A stretch of 19,784 nucleotides of DNA from a virus (taxonomy: Duplodnaviria; Heunggongvirae; Uroviricota; Caudoviricetes). The stretch is from IMG/VR virus record IMGVR_UViG_2690316049_000007, positions 1-19,784 of that record. One strand, given 5' to 3'. The translations under genes and the position numbers were made by a program. Below are positions 1 to 7,700 of this stretch, one piece after another. How positions within the stretch are numbered: position 1 is the first letter of the stretch; every line of letters begins with the position of its first letter. The notes beneath the pieces are model-generated. The model was given only the letters and a program-made list of their open reading frames with translations. It had not been told where the DNA came from and ran no database searches.

Positions 1-477
1 TCATACCTCAATCTCTCTGACCGTTCCGCCTGCTTCTTTGAATTTTGCAATCAGGCTGTCAGCCTTATGCTCGAACTGACCATAACCAGCCCCCGGAAGT
101 GAAGCCCAGATATTGCTGCAACGGTCGATAGCCTGACGGATATCACCGCGATCAATCATCGGCAAAGCGCCACGCTCTTTAATCTGTTGCAATGCCACAG
201 CGTCCTGGCTTTTCGGAGAGAAGTCTTTCAGGCCAAGCTGCTTGCGGTAGGCATCCCACCAACGGGAAAGAAGCTGGTAACGTCCGGCTGCTGTTGATTT
301 GAGTTTTGGGTTTAGCGTGACAAGTTTGCGAGGGTGATCGGAGTAATCAGTGAATAGCTCTCCGCCAACAATGACGTCATAACCATGATTTCTTGTTTTC
401 TGACGTCCGTTATCAGTTCCCTCTGACCACGCCAGCATATCGAGGAACGCCTTACGTTGATTATTGATTTCCACCAT
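1..477 (-). CDS. R: Phage endolysin, lambda R-type lytic transglycosylase (158 aa)
   Basis: Complete minus-strand ORF. Translation ([27 protein letters not shown]...GGTVREIEV) matches lambda R as I recall it nearly residue for residue. ATG at 477-475, stop at 3-1. Confidence 0.9.
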   Translation of the reverse strand: MVEINNQRKAFLDMLAWSEGTDNGRQKTRNHGYDVIVGGELFTDYSDHPRKLVTLNPKLKSTAAGRYQLLSRWWDAYRKQLGLKDFSPKSQDAVALQQIKERGALPMIDRGDIRQAIDRCSNIWASLPGAGYGQFEHKADSLIAKFKEAGGTVREIEV

Positions 478-784
478 CTTCTACTCCGGCTTTTTTAGCA
501 GCGAAGCGTTTGATAAGCGAACCAATCGAGTCAGTACCGATGTAGCCGATGAACACGCTCGTTATATAAGCGAGATTGCTACTTAGTCCGGCGAAGTCGA
601 GAAGGTCACGAATGAACCAGGCGATAATGGCGCACATCGTTGCGTCGATTACTGTTTTTGTAAACGCACCGCCATTATATCTGCCGCGAAGGTACGCCAT
701 TGCAAACGCAAGGATTGCCCCGATGCCTTGTTCCTTTGCCGCGAGAATGGCGGCTAACAGGTCATGTTTTTCTGGCATCTTCAT
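461..784 (-). CDS. S: Class I holin, lambda S-type (107 aa) with Met1-Lys2-Met3 dual-start motif
   Basis: Translation [32 protein letters not shown]... matches lambda S as recalled. ATGs at 784-782 and 778-776 give the holin/antiholin dual start. The 3' end overlaps the R start. Confidence 0.9.
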   Translation of the reverse strand: MKMPEKHDLLAAILAAKEQGIGAILAFAMAYLRGRYNGGAFTKTVIDATMCAIIAWFIRDLLDFAGLSSNLAYITSVFIGYIGTDSIGSLIKRFAAKKAGVEDGGNQ

Positions 785-1028
785 GTCTTACCCCCAATAA
801 GGGGATTTGCTCTATTTAATTAGGAATAAGGTCTATTACTGATAGAACAAATCCAGGCTACTGTGTTTAGTAATCAGATTTGTTCGTGACCGATATGCAC
901 GGGCAAAACGGCAGGAGGTTGTTAGCGCGACTTCCTGCCACCCGCTTTCACGAGGTCATGTGTAGAAGGCCGCAGCGTAACTATCACCGATGAATTCATG
1001 ATAGCCAGTGGCTACGACTCAGTTTGGA

Positions 1029-1155
1029 TTGTGGCGGCCGGAATCGAACCGGCTTCCATCGGTGCGCTGCCGATTGCAGTACGCGCGGCGGTCAGCTACA
1101 TGACTAGTATTTTCACTGTCGCCTATCTGCTAGCTCGCCATTGAGCTTCACCACA
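1029..1155 (-). ncRNA. tRNA-like element, non-canonical (T-arm, anticodon-like arm and acceptor/D-arm-like 5' part separated by about 57 nt)
   Basis: Minus strand reads ...ATCGG-CAGCGCA-CCGAT-GGAA-GCCGG-TTCGATT-CCGGC-CGCCACA-A. This gives a canonical T-arm with TTCGATT loop and a 5-bp stem with 7-nt loop before it. A 5' TGTGGTG (1155-1149) can pair with CGCCACA with one G-U, followed by a D-arm-like GCTC-AATGGC-GAGC. The total is about 127 nt, with no encoded CCA and a loop that has A at position 33 and C at 37, so it is not a standard tRNA. Confidence 0.35.
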
Positions 1156-1220
1156 ACGATAAGAGCACTCGGTGCATTTAAGCCAAGCCCCATAAGGGAG
1201 AATGCTCTTACCTGTTGTGC

Positions 1221-1249
1221 AAACAAAAAAAGCCCACAGGAGGTGGGCT
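1221..1249 (-). terminator. Rho-independent terminator, tR'-like, downstream of the late promoter
   Basis: Minus strand AGCCCAC-CTCCT-GTGGGCT followed by TTTTTTTGTTT: 7-bp GC-rich stem, 5-nt loop, U-run. Confidence 0.6.
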
Positions 1250-1290
1250 TGTGATGGTTGCTGAATGCAAAAGCAGCAGCATATGTGAAT

Positions 1291-1320
1291 ATTATGGCTA
1301 AATGGCTAATTGCATGTCAA
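1291..1320 (-). promoter_or_regulatory. Candidate late promoter pR' (-35 TTGACA, 18-bp spacer, -10 CATAAT) overlapping the 3' end of Q
   Basis: Minus strand TTGACA (1320-1315), 18 nt, CATAAT (1296-1291). Sits at the Q stop and about 60 nt upstream of the tR'-like terminator, the expected position for the Q-modified late promoter. Confidence 0.45.
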
Positions 1321-1816
1321 GGCTTTTAACAGCAAGATGCTTAACTTTCTCAACACGTTTACGCATTTTGAAAGCATTTTGCATTGGTTGGTACAAAACA
1401 AATAATGACGCTTTCAGGATGTCGTCAATTTCGTTTCTACAGGTTGCCAGTGAAGGTTTTCTCCATCCCTCGCCACCACGTCCACACATCTTGCGTGGCT
1501 TTGCAGTCGCGTGATAGTAGGATGCAATTGCTCGCTTAGATGAACCATGAGCGTAGTAGCTGAGGAGGATGCCAAAGGCTTTCTTGTCAATGTACATGAC
1601 GGAATCAACGACCTGAGAAATCAACATTCCATCATCATCATTACACATTGGCCTTGTCATAACTCTTCCCGGCTCTACGCTCTCCATGAACTTCGCTATT
1701 ACGCTGCTCATGCGCTTTTCCAGACGACCTGAATAAACCCATGCGCCCCACAGTTCAAGCCAGCCATTCAGCCACTCGTGCTGCTCTTTGGTGAGGTTTA
1801 GTTCTCTTATGCCCAC
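1298..1816 (-). CDS. Q: Late-gene antitermination protein Q (phage 82/21, QuuD-like family), 172 aa, GTG start
   Basis: Position between nin region and lysis genes. Motifs ELWGAW ... CNDDDGML ... LLSYYAHG resemble the Q/QuuD family as recalled (ERWGAW, ICDDDAM, LLVDYYVVG). GTG at 1816 preceded by GGGAGAAGG. Confidence 0.8.
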   Translation of the reverse strand: MGIRELNLTKEQHEWLNGWLELWGAWVYSGRLEKRMSSVIAKFMESVEPGRVMTRPMCNDDDGMLISQVVDSVMYIDKKAFGILLSYYAHGSSKRAIASYYHATAKPRKMCGRGGEGWRKPSLATCRNEIDDILKASLFVLYQPMQNAFKMRKRVEKVKHLAVKSLDMQLAI

Positions 1817-2478
1817 GCGCCTTCTCCCTGTACCTGAATCAATGTGAGGTTTCCGCAGAACACTGCGCCGGTATCGATATACATCTGGTTGGAAAACTTG
1901 AGTGGTTTCACTGCTGGCGTATGACCAAAGATGAACGTGTCCGCGCCTTTGATTTCTTTCACGATCCCGTCTTGTGAGTTGCTGATTCGTTCGCGGTTCC
2001 AGATTACCTGCTGATGATCAACTGGCTTTCCAAACTCGTATTTATCACAAGGATAATCGGCGTGGCAGATGACATATTTTTTACCTTTGCTCACCAGTTC
2101 GATGATTAACGGAAGTTCACCTGCTTTATGGGCAAGAGCTTTAGCCAGAATTTCTTTGTCGTAATCGAGATTAAAGAACCAGCCACCGCCATTAAGCAGC
2201 CAGTGATTGACGTTTCCATGCTCTGATAAGCCATCAATCATCATTTGCTCATGGTTTCCACGTACAGCTCTGAACCAGGGGAATGTGATTAATTCCAGGC
2301 ATTCGACGTTCTCTGTACCGCGATCAACCAAATCGCCCACCGAGATAAGCAGGTCTTTTTTGGTGTCGAATCCTATCGTCTCCAGTTTTTTCATCAGGTT
2401 CGTGTAGCATCCGTGCAGATCGCCAACTACCCAAATATTTCGGTATTTGCTGCCATCAATTCTTTCGTAATAGCGCAT
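1807..2478 (-). CDS. ninI: Ser/Thr protein phosphatase (lambda PPase, NinI/orf221 homolog)
   Basis: Translation from [25 protein letters not shown]... with GDLVDRG and GNHE metallophosphatase motifs matches lambda phosphatase as recalled. Start placed at ATG 2478 (GGAG upstream) rather than the longer ORF start at 2553. Confidence 0.9.
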   Translation of the reverse strand: MRYYERIDGSKYRNIWVVGDLHGCYTNLMKKLETIGFDTKKDLLISVGDLVDRGTENVECLELITFPWFRAVRGNHEQMMIDGLSEHGNVNHWLLNGGGWFFNLDYDKEILAKALAHKAGELPLIIELVSKGKKYVICHADYPCDKYEFGKPVDHQQVIWNRERISNSQDGIVKEIKGADTFIFGHTPAVKPLKFSNQMYIDTGAVFCGNLTLIQVQGEGAWA

Positions 2479-2662
2479 CTCTTTCACTCCATCCGCGATG
2501 AACCATGAGAACGTCGTTGACGATGGCGTGCATTTTCCCGTCTTTATCATCAACGTATTTTCTGACCGTACCGCGACTACATTTCAGTCTGCGTGCTACT
2601 TCTGTCTGATTTCCGTATGCTTCAACGAGCATGTCTGGAATGGTTTTTACTGAGAACGTCAT
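2456..2662 (-). CDS. ninH: NinH (lambda orf68 homolog), 68 aa
   Basis: Size and position match lambda NinH. ATGA overlap with ninG stop at 2662-2659. Confidence 0.8.
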   Translation of the reverse strand: MTFSVKTIPDMLVEAYGNQTEVARRLKCSRGTVRKYVDDKDGKMHAIVNDVLMVHRGWSERDALLRKN

Positions 2663-3270
2663 GCGGCCTCACTTCTGCTATTTCGCAGGTCTTTGAGTTT
2701 CTGTTGGTACTCTGCCTTGATCGCCTTGCACTCTTCGATAGTCCAGCGATGGCGGTTATGGTTTGATTCGATTTCGTCTACTGCTTCCTGCCCGATGCGG
2801 CTAATCAGTTCGACGCGATACGGAACGAGATTTCCGCTTTTGTGCTGGTTGCACACCACGCATTGCTTGTGAATATTGCGTTCATCAAATCGGAGTTGAG
2901 GTGCCGCAGCAGTTGTCCGGTAATGCCCGGCATCCCACTGAGCAGACGTGAGCGTTCCGCACGAGATACATGGTAAGTCGCGGTCTCTTTCTCTGATGAA
3001 GGCGTTTACGGCTTGTTGGGCTTGTTTAATCCAGTAACTGCGGGGCTTTAAGGCGAGTTTTCGAATCTTAAGTTTATCTTTCTGTTTCTGCTCCTCTCGT
3101 CGTCGTTTCTTCTCTGCTGCCTTTTCCGCTTTTTCGCGTTCTTTGCTTCGTCGTTCGAGTGCTATCTTGGTTCCACACTCTGGAGAGCACCACCACTGAT
3201 TAGCGAATGCAGGGTGAAACCATTCCCGACATTCTTCGTTTTTACATCGTCTTCGCGCTAGTTTGGCCAT
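2659..3270 (-). CDS. ninG: NinG / Rap recombination-associated endonuclease (203 aa)
   Basis: Cys-rich N-terminus ([10 protein letters not shown]...CSPECG), basic coiled segment and Cys/His-rich C-terminus, size about 204 aa, position between ninF and ninH as in lambda. Confidence 0.85.
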   Translation of the reverse strand: MAKLARRRCKNEECREWFHPAFANQWWCSPECGTKIALERRSKEREKAEKAAEKKRRREEQKQKDKLKIRKLALKPRSYWIKQAQQAVNAFIRERDRDLPCISCGTLTSAQWDAGHYRTTAAAPQLRFDERNIHKQCVVCNQHKSGNLVPYRVELISRIGQEAVDEIESNHNRHRWTIEECKAIKAEYQQKLKDLRNSRSEAA

Positions 3271-3439
3271 CGTCTTCTTCCTCGTACATTGAACTATTCG
3301 GATCGCTCATCAGTTCTGCGCAGCAGTGCTCACACACGTGAACTTCCAGCACATGCAGCTTCTGACCGCAGTTAGCGCACGTTAAAGCTCGCTCGACGCT
3401 TTCTTTCTGGTATTGAAGGGATTGGGATGGGCTAAGCAT
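3242..3439 (-). CDS. ninF: NinF-like small Cys-rich protein (65 aa)
   Basis: [46 protein letters not shown]... matches lambda NinF as recalled. Overlaps the ninG start. Confidence 0.8.
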   Translation of the reverse strand: MLSPSQSLQYQKESVERALTCANCGQKLHVLEVHVCEHCCAELMSDPNSSMYEEEDDGQTSAKTM

Positions 3440-3815
3440 TATTGGCGTCCTGCATCATGAGAAAGACAATCATGGCGGCACGGAGTGGATTGTCATATGC
3501 GACACCAACATTCGGTCCGGCATCATCAAACAAGTCCCTTGCGTTGTCTGTAGCGCACGGCATTGAGGGATTGTCTAAAATTATGCTGATGTTGTTTTCA
3601 GTGATAATCGGCCATGCGTCTGCTGGGTTTGCGCATGGGTTAAAGGATCCGCGCTCAACCTCTACTTCAACTGCGTCTCCGTTTACAATGTCTCCCTCAA
3701 ATGAGATAAACACCATCGCGCCATTCTCACCTTCTTTGTAATCCGGTGATCCGTTATGAATGGCTTCGAATACCGCCACGTTAATTTCAAAATCACTTAA
3801 CTGTGAATAATCCAT
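3432..3815 (-). CDS. Hypothetical nin-region protein (about 127 aa; ORF extends to 3857 with a GTG)
   Basis: Long minus-strand ORF in gene-dense nin region. Most plausible start is ATG 3815 (MDYSQLSDF...) with GAGG 8 nt upstream. Acidic protein, no motif recognised. Confidence 0.6.
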   Translation of the reverse strand: MDYSQLSDFEINVAVFEAIHNGSPDYKEGENGAMVFISFEGDIVNGDAVEVEVERGSFNPCANPADAWPIITENNISIILDNPSMPCATDNARDLFDDAGPNVGVAYDNPLRAAMIVFLMMQDANNA

Positions 3816-3960
3816 TGTCATTTCCTCGCACGATGTCTTAGCCACCGGATATCCCACAGGTGAGCCGTGTAGTTGAAGGTTTTTACGTCAGATTCTTTTG
3901 GGATTGGCTTTGGTTTATTTCTGGAGCGTTTCGTTGGAAGGTATTTGCAGTTTTCGCAGA

Positions 3961-4135
3961 TTATGTCGGTAATACTTCGTCGCTGTCTCGCCACACGTCC
4001 TCCTTTTCCTGCGGTAGTGGTAACACCCCTGTTGGTGTTCTTTCACACCGGAGACACCATCGATTCCAGTAAGGTTGTCCTGGTCGAAAGCGATCGTCTT
4101 CCTTTCGCTCTCCACATCGATAACAGTGCTTCATG
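3961..4135 (-). CDS. Small zinc-ribbon protein at the NinE position (57 aa)
   Basis: ATG 4135-4133 overlaps the methyltransferase stop (ATGA). [32 protein letters not shown] carries two CxxC pairs. A competing overlapping frame (3915-4115) exists. Confidence 0.45.
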
Positions 4136-4721
4136 CGATCACCATTTTGCATGGTTTAATCGCCATGCCTGGAGCCAGTTCAAAATCGGAGTCGCACTGA
4201 TTTCCCCACATATCCCACCCGGTCACTTTGTCGCGGCTAAATAACTCACAGCGCGGCACGTCGCCAAGCAACTTAGCTAACATGTCTCTTACGATCGGTG
4301 GTTTTGCACTGTGCTCCATTCTCGGTGCGGTAAAGTGCTGGCATATTGAAGCGTCCATTCTCTCAGGTAACCGCCCTCGAACGGCAAACAAGCAATCCTC
4401 GCTATTTGCCCGGGTCATATGCCCCATTCCGATCGCACTGTTGCCTTTGTGCTTATTGGTTTTGTGCCAAGTAAAGCCTTTCATAGTCATCAACCTGAAT
4501 CCCCACGCCTCAATTACCTTTAGCGCTTCGGCTGGCTGTGTCGGCACCCACCACATCGCTAACAAGCAAGATTCTGGATCCGCTAAATCCCATACTGGCA
4601 GTCGGCAAATGTCCTGAACATTCATAACATCGTATTTATGTCCAGCACCGCGATTGCCATCGTTGGCTTTGTCGCGATATTGCCAAGGCGGATCTGCGTA
4701 AATAAGTTGGTATTTGTTCAT
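4131..4721 (-). CDS. DNA N6-adenine methyltransferase, MT-A70 family (DPPW motif), 196 aa
   Basis: [15 protein letters not shown]... shows the DPPW catalytic motif near the N-terminus, typical of MT-A70-like orphan phage methyltransferases. ATGA overlap with ninB stop. Confidence 0.85.
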   Translation of the reverse strand: MNKYQLIYADPPWQYRDKANDGNRGAGHKYDVMNVQDICRLPVWDLADPESCLLAMWWVPTQPAEALKVIEAWGFRLMTMKGFTWHKTNKHKGNSAIGMGHMTRANSEDCLFAVRGRLPERMDASICQHFTAPRMEHSAKPPIVRDMLAKLLGDVPRCELFSRDKVTGWDMWGNQCDSDFELAPGMAIKPCKMVIA

Positions 4722-5158
4722 TCAGTTTTATCTCCCCATCTCGCTTTCCACTCCAGAGCCAGTCGCGCTTCGTCTGACCACTTAACGCCACGCTCTGTAC
4801 CGAATGCCTGTATAAGCTCTAATAGCTCCGCAAATTCGCCTACACGCATCCTGCTGGTTGACTGGCCTATTACCACAAAGCCATTCCCGGCAAGGTTAGG
4901 AACAACATCCTGCTGCTTTAATGCTGCGGTAAACACACACTTCCAGCTTTCTGCATCCAGCCAGCGACCATGCCATTCAACCTGACGAGAGACGTCACCT
5001 AAGCAGGCCCATAGCTTCCTGTTTTGGTCTAAGCTGCGGTTGCGTTCCTGAATGGTTACTACGATTGGTTTGGTTGGGTCTGGAAGAATTTGCTGTACCG
5101 CGTGAATAGCGTTTTGCTGATGTGCTGGAGATCGAATTTCAAAGGTTAGTTTTTTCAT
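4718..5158 (-). CDS. ninB: NinB (recombination mediator, lambda orf146 homolog)
   Basis: From MKKLTFEIRSPAHQQNAIHAVQQILPDPTKPIVVTIQERNRSLDQNRKLWACLGDVS... matches lambda NinB as recalled. Start at ATG 5158 with GGAGAGGGAAG upstream; the ORF-track start at 5176 is probably too long. Confidence 0.9.
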   Translation of the reverse strand: MKKLTFEIRSPAHQQNAIHAVQQILPDPTKPIVVTIQERNRSLDQNRKLWACLGDVSRQVEWHGRWLDAESWKCVFTAALKQQDVVPNLAGNGFVVIGQSTSRMRVGEFAELLELIQAFGTERGVKWSDEARLALEWKARWGDKTE

Positions 5159-5173
5159 GACTTCCCTCTCCCC

Positions 5174-5206
5174 CAAATAAAAAGGCCTGCGATTACCAGC
5201 AGGCCT
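5174..5206 (-). terminator. Rho-independent terminator between helicase and ninB (tR2-like position)
   Basis: Minus strand AGGCCTGC-TGGTAATC-GCAGGCCT followed by TTTTTATTT: 8-bp stem. Confidence 0.5.
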
Positions 5207-5234
5207 GTTATTAGCTCAGTGATGTAGATGGTCA

Positions 5235-7700
5235 TCAGAATCCTCCTTTCTTCTTGGACTGCGGTTCCTCGCGTTCACGGCGGCGCATTTCAGCAGACTG
5301 TTGGTCTGTGTCATAAATAGCGCCATTTGCCTGAATGCAATACACCGTGCCGGTATTGCCATGACGATTGAGACGAAGGATTAGTTCGGTTTCACCAGGT
5401 GGAACACTGTCATCAAAAGCACCTTCACGATGGATCCCCACCCAATAATCGCAATCCTGTTCAATCTGCCCTGTATCTCGTGAGTCACTTGGTAATGGGC
5501 GTTTATTGGTTCGGCTTTCCAGTGCGCGGTTAAGCTGCGTCAGAAGCACAACAACGCAATCAAGCTCTTTGGCAAGGTTCTTCAGTCCTTTGGTGATCAT
5601 GCCGTAAGCAAGGTCGTTGCGATCGGCCTTCTCAGCGGTCATTAGTGTCAGGTAATCGACCAGAATCATGCCAACACATCCTTTTTCTCGCTTGATTCGA
5701 CGGCTTTCGCTGACGATTTGAGCCAGAGATAATCCCGGCGTGTCGTCGATGTAAAGCATGTCGATTTCACTCAAGCGATTAGCTGTTTCGATCGCCCTGT
5801 TGAAGTCACCATCGTAATCACCCTGATAGCCGTCATCAGCGTCATTTGTCGCCGGAAGGTAAAAAATATTCGGGTTAACACCTGACTTCTGTCCTACCAG
5901 TTTTTCCAGTATCTGGTCACCGGGCATTTCAAGGCTGAACATCAGAGCGGGCTTTTTCTCATGCACTGCGCAGTTGATTGCCATCTGGCTGTATAGCGTG
6001 GTGTTGTGGGTTAGAATGTATCCGTCAGTTGCATACAAATGTCTCTCGTGGGATACCATGATGCAAATGCACTCTTCACGTCCAATATACTCAACCGACG
6101 TGATAACAGGCGCACTTGTTTTGATGCGTTTTGCAGTGAATTTTTGCTTCAGGCGTGGAGATTTTATGTGTGATAGAACCTCATCAGGCAACCTGATTGC
6201 GCAAATATGGGCATCCATACCTTTGCGCATTTCTCCCTTATAACTGAATTTCGGCTCCTGTTTGGTTGTCATACGACACACGCCACCAAGAGAATGCACC
6301 AGCCGCTTTACACCATCTGACAGGAACTTGCTTGCCGAGCTAAAGCGCAGGGCATTATTTCCTTCAACCCAACCATCGGTTTCAAGTAATCCGCATAGAA
6401 CATCAATACGAGTTTGCTTATCAGCAGAAAAAATAATATCCGGGATAATTTTAATCTCTGACATCCGGCCGTAGATACCAAGCCGTTGCATAACCCGCGT
6501 AAGAGATAATTTGCGGCTAAACTTGTGAGATAGGGAGTAATCGCAGCCAGAAACATGCCTGACTTCAATATCGTCACCCACTTCAGATCTTACTCGCTCA
6601 ATGATGTATGGTTCCGTCATGCTGATTCGTGGCGTACCTGCAAGATTTCCATCACCAAGTAACGCACCTAACAGCCATGGGCTAATCCCTAAATCAACAG
6701 GCAATCCGAAGTCACCGCTAATACCAGGAACATGAATGCGGCTTTGATAGCGAACGCATTCCATCATGTCCCGTAGGCGGCAGGTGTCTACAACATCAAC
6801 GCCACCGGTAATACGGTTACTATGAATTTCCCACAAATGATCATCCGCGCAATCAACGGTTCTTCCGTCAGAGAACGTAACTCGGTAAATATCTCGCTCC
6901 CCTTGAGGAAAAACTCCAGACACGAATGATGGTTGTCCATCCACTGATGCTAGGGAATCTCCAACACATACGTCACGAAATGTTGTCCATGAACCATCAG
7001 CAAGCAAAATGCGTGAATTAAGCGGTTGCGCTTTCCCCATCTTAGGGCGAGCGCCAATGACAAACAGAGATCCTTTCACCAGACCTTTCGGTGACAGCAT
7101 CCTGTCCAGCGATGGGATCCCTGTGCTCATTCCTCGTTGTTCGCCTGACGGGTCAAATCGCTTCTCAAGGTCGCTAACCCAGTCTTCCATGACCTCGCCA
7201 AATGAGCGAAGGCCGCGACGCGATCCGGTTTTTGCATGGTCTGTCAGTTGCGTGAAAATCGCCTGAATAGCTTCGTACTTCTGCGTTGCAGTCATTCCGT
7301 TGCGGGAATAGAGCAATTCCGTCGCTTCAGTCATGCGGTTGATGGCGTAGCGTTCCATTGCGGTTTCACGAACCTGCATTGCATAGGCAACGATGTTTGC
7401 TGCGCTTGGCGTGTTCTTTGCGATCTCAGCGATATAAGCAAAACCGCCAACAGACGCCGTTAACGATTTGCGATCCAGTTCATCGAAAAGCGTCAGGCCA
7501 TCTACTGGCTTTTGCTCCCGGTGCATTCTGGTTATTTCTTCGAAAAGGATTTTGTGTGGTCGGCTGTAAAATGAATCAGGCTTCAGCATCGCCAGAACTT
7601 TCTGGACGCGCTCACTGCTGTCATCATCCAGAAGCAATCCACCAATCACCGCCTGCTCTGCCTCGATGCTATGGGGCGGCGCATAAAAATTATCGGTCAT
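5235..7700 (-). CDS. Replicative DNA helicase, DnaB family (P22 gene 12-like), interrupted in-frame by an intein; precursor about 821 aa
   Basis: N-terminal PPHSIEAEQAVIGGLLLD, Walker A GARPKMGK then TTLYSQ, Walker B ILVDYLTLM, and LTQLNR...DSRDTGQIEQDCD are DnaB motifs. Walker A is split by 343 extra residues. Start placed at ATG 7700 (GAGGGTG upstream); the ORF track uses GTG 7715. Confidence 0.9.
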   Translation of the reverse strand: MTDNFYAPPHSIEAEQAVIGGLLLDDDSSERVQKVLAMLKPDSFYSRPHKILFEEITRMHREQKPVDGLTLFDELDRKSLTASVGGFAYIAEIAKNTPSAANIVAYAMQVRETAMERYAINRMTEATELLYSRNGMTATQKYEAIQAIFTQLTDHAKTGSRRGLRSFGEVMEDWVSDLEKRFDPSGEQRGMSTGIPSLDRMLSPKGLVKGSLFVIGARPKMGKAQPLNSRILLADGSWTTFRDVCVGDSLASVDGQPSFVSGVFPQGERDIYRVTFSDGRTVDCADDHLWEIHSNRITGGVDVVDTCRLRDMMECVRYQSRIHVPGISGDFGLPVDLGISPWLLGALLGDGNLAGTPRISMTEPYIIERVRSEVGDDIEVRHVSGCDYSLSHKFSRKLSLTRVMQRLGIYGRMSEIKIIPDIIFSADKQTRIDVLCGLLETDGWVEGNNALRFSSASKFLSDGVKRLVHSLGGVCRMTTKQEPKFSYKGEMRKGMDAHICAIRLPDEVLSHIKSPRLKQKFTAKRIKTSAPVITSVEYIGREECICIMVSHERHLYATDGYILTHNTTLYSQMAINCAVHEKKPALMFSLEMPGDQILEKLVGQKSGVNPNIFYLPATNDADDGYQGDYDGDFNRAIETANRLSEIDMLYIDDTPGLSLAQIVSESRRIKREKGCVGMILVDYLTLMTAEKADRNDLAYGMITKGLKNLAKELDCVVVLLTQLNRALESRTNKRPLPSDSRDTGQIEQDCDYWVGIHREGAFDDSVPPGETELILRLNRHGNTGTVYCIQANGAIYDTDQQSAEMRRREREEPQSKKKGGF
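6003..7031 (-). mobile_element. Intein (343 codons) in the helicase P-loop, with LAGLIDADG homing-endonuclease domain
   Basis: Insert lies between GARPKMGK (K codon 7034-7032) and TTLYSQ (T codon 6002-6000). It ends with LTHN before +1 Thr. Two LAGLIDADG-type motifs: LLGALLGDGNL (6674-6642) and VLCGLLETDGW (6401-6369). Block B-like DDHLW and block F-like EECICIMV are present. Confidence 0.8.

Noticed and set aside
576-800. 74-aa plus-strand ORF overlapping the holin gene
   Set aside because: Antisense to lambda-type S with no start signals.
1029-1110. Canonical 76-nt tRNA call for the T-arm-containing segment
   Set aside because: With the T-arm fixed, the 72 nt upstream do not provide a contiguous acceptor or D-arm, and the candidate anticodon loop violates U33 and purine-37. 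Kept only as a low-confidence tRNA-like element.
2479-2553. N-terminal extensions in the ORF track for the phosphatase (to 2553), NinB (to 5176), CII (to 9128), the helicase (GTG 7715) and the 103-aa proteins (11500, 17789)
   Set aside because: Internal start codons align with the conserved N-termini and have better-placed Shine-Dalgarno sequences. The extensions overlap upstream genes or terminators.
3442-4985. Plus-strand ORFs (3442-3741, 3860-4072, 3873-4244, 4228-4617, 4638-4985) in the nin region
   Set aside because: Antisense to tightly coupled, well-supported minus-strand nin genes. No independent support.
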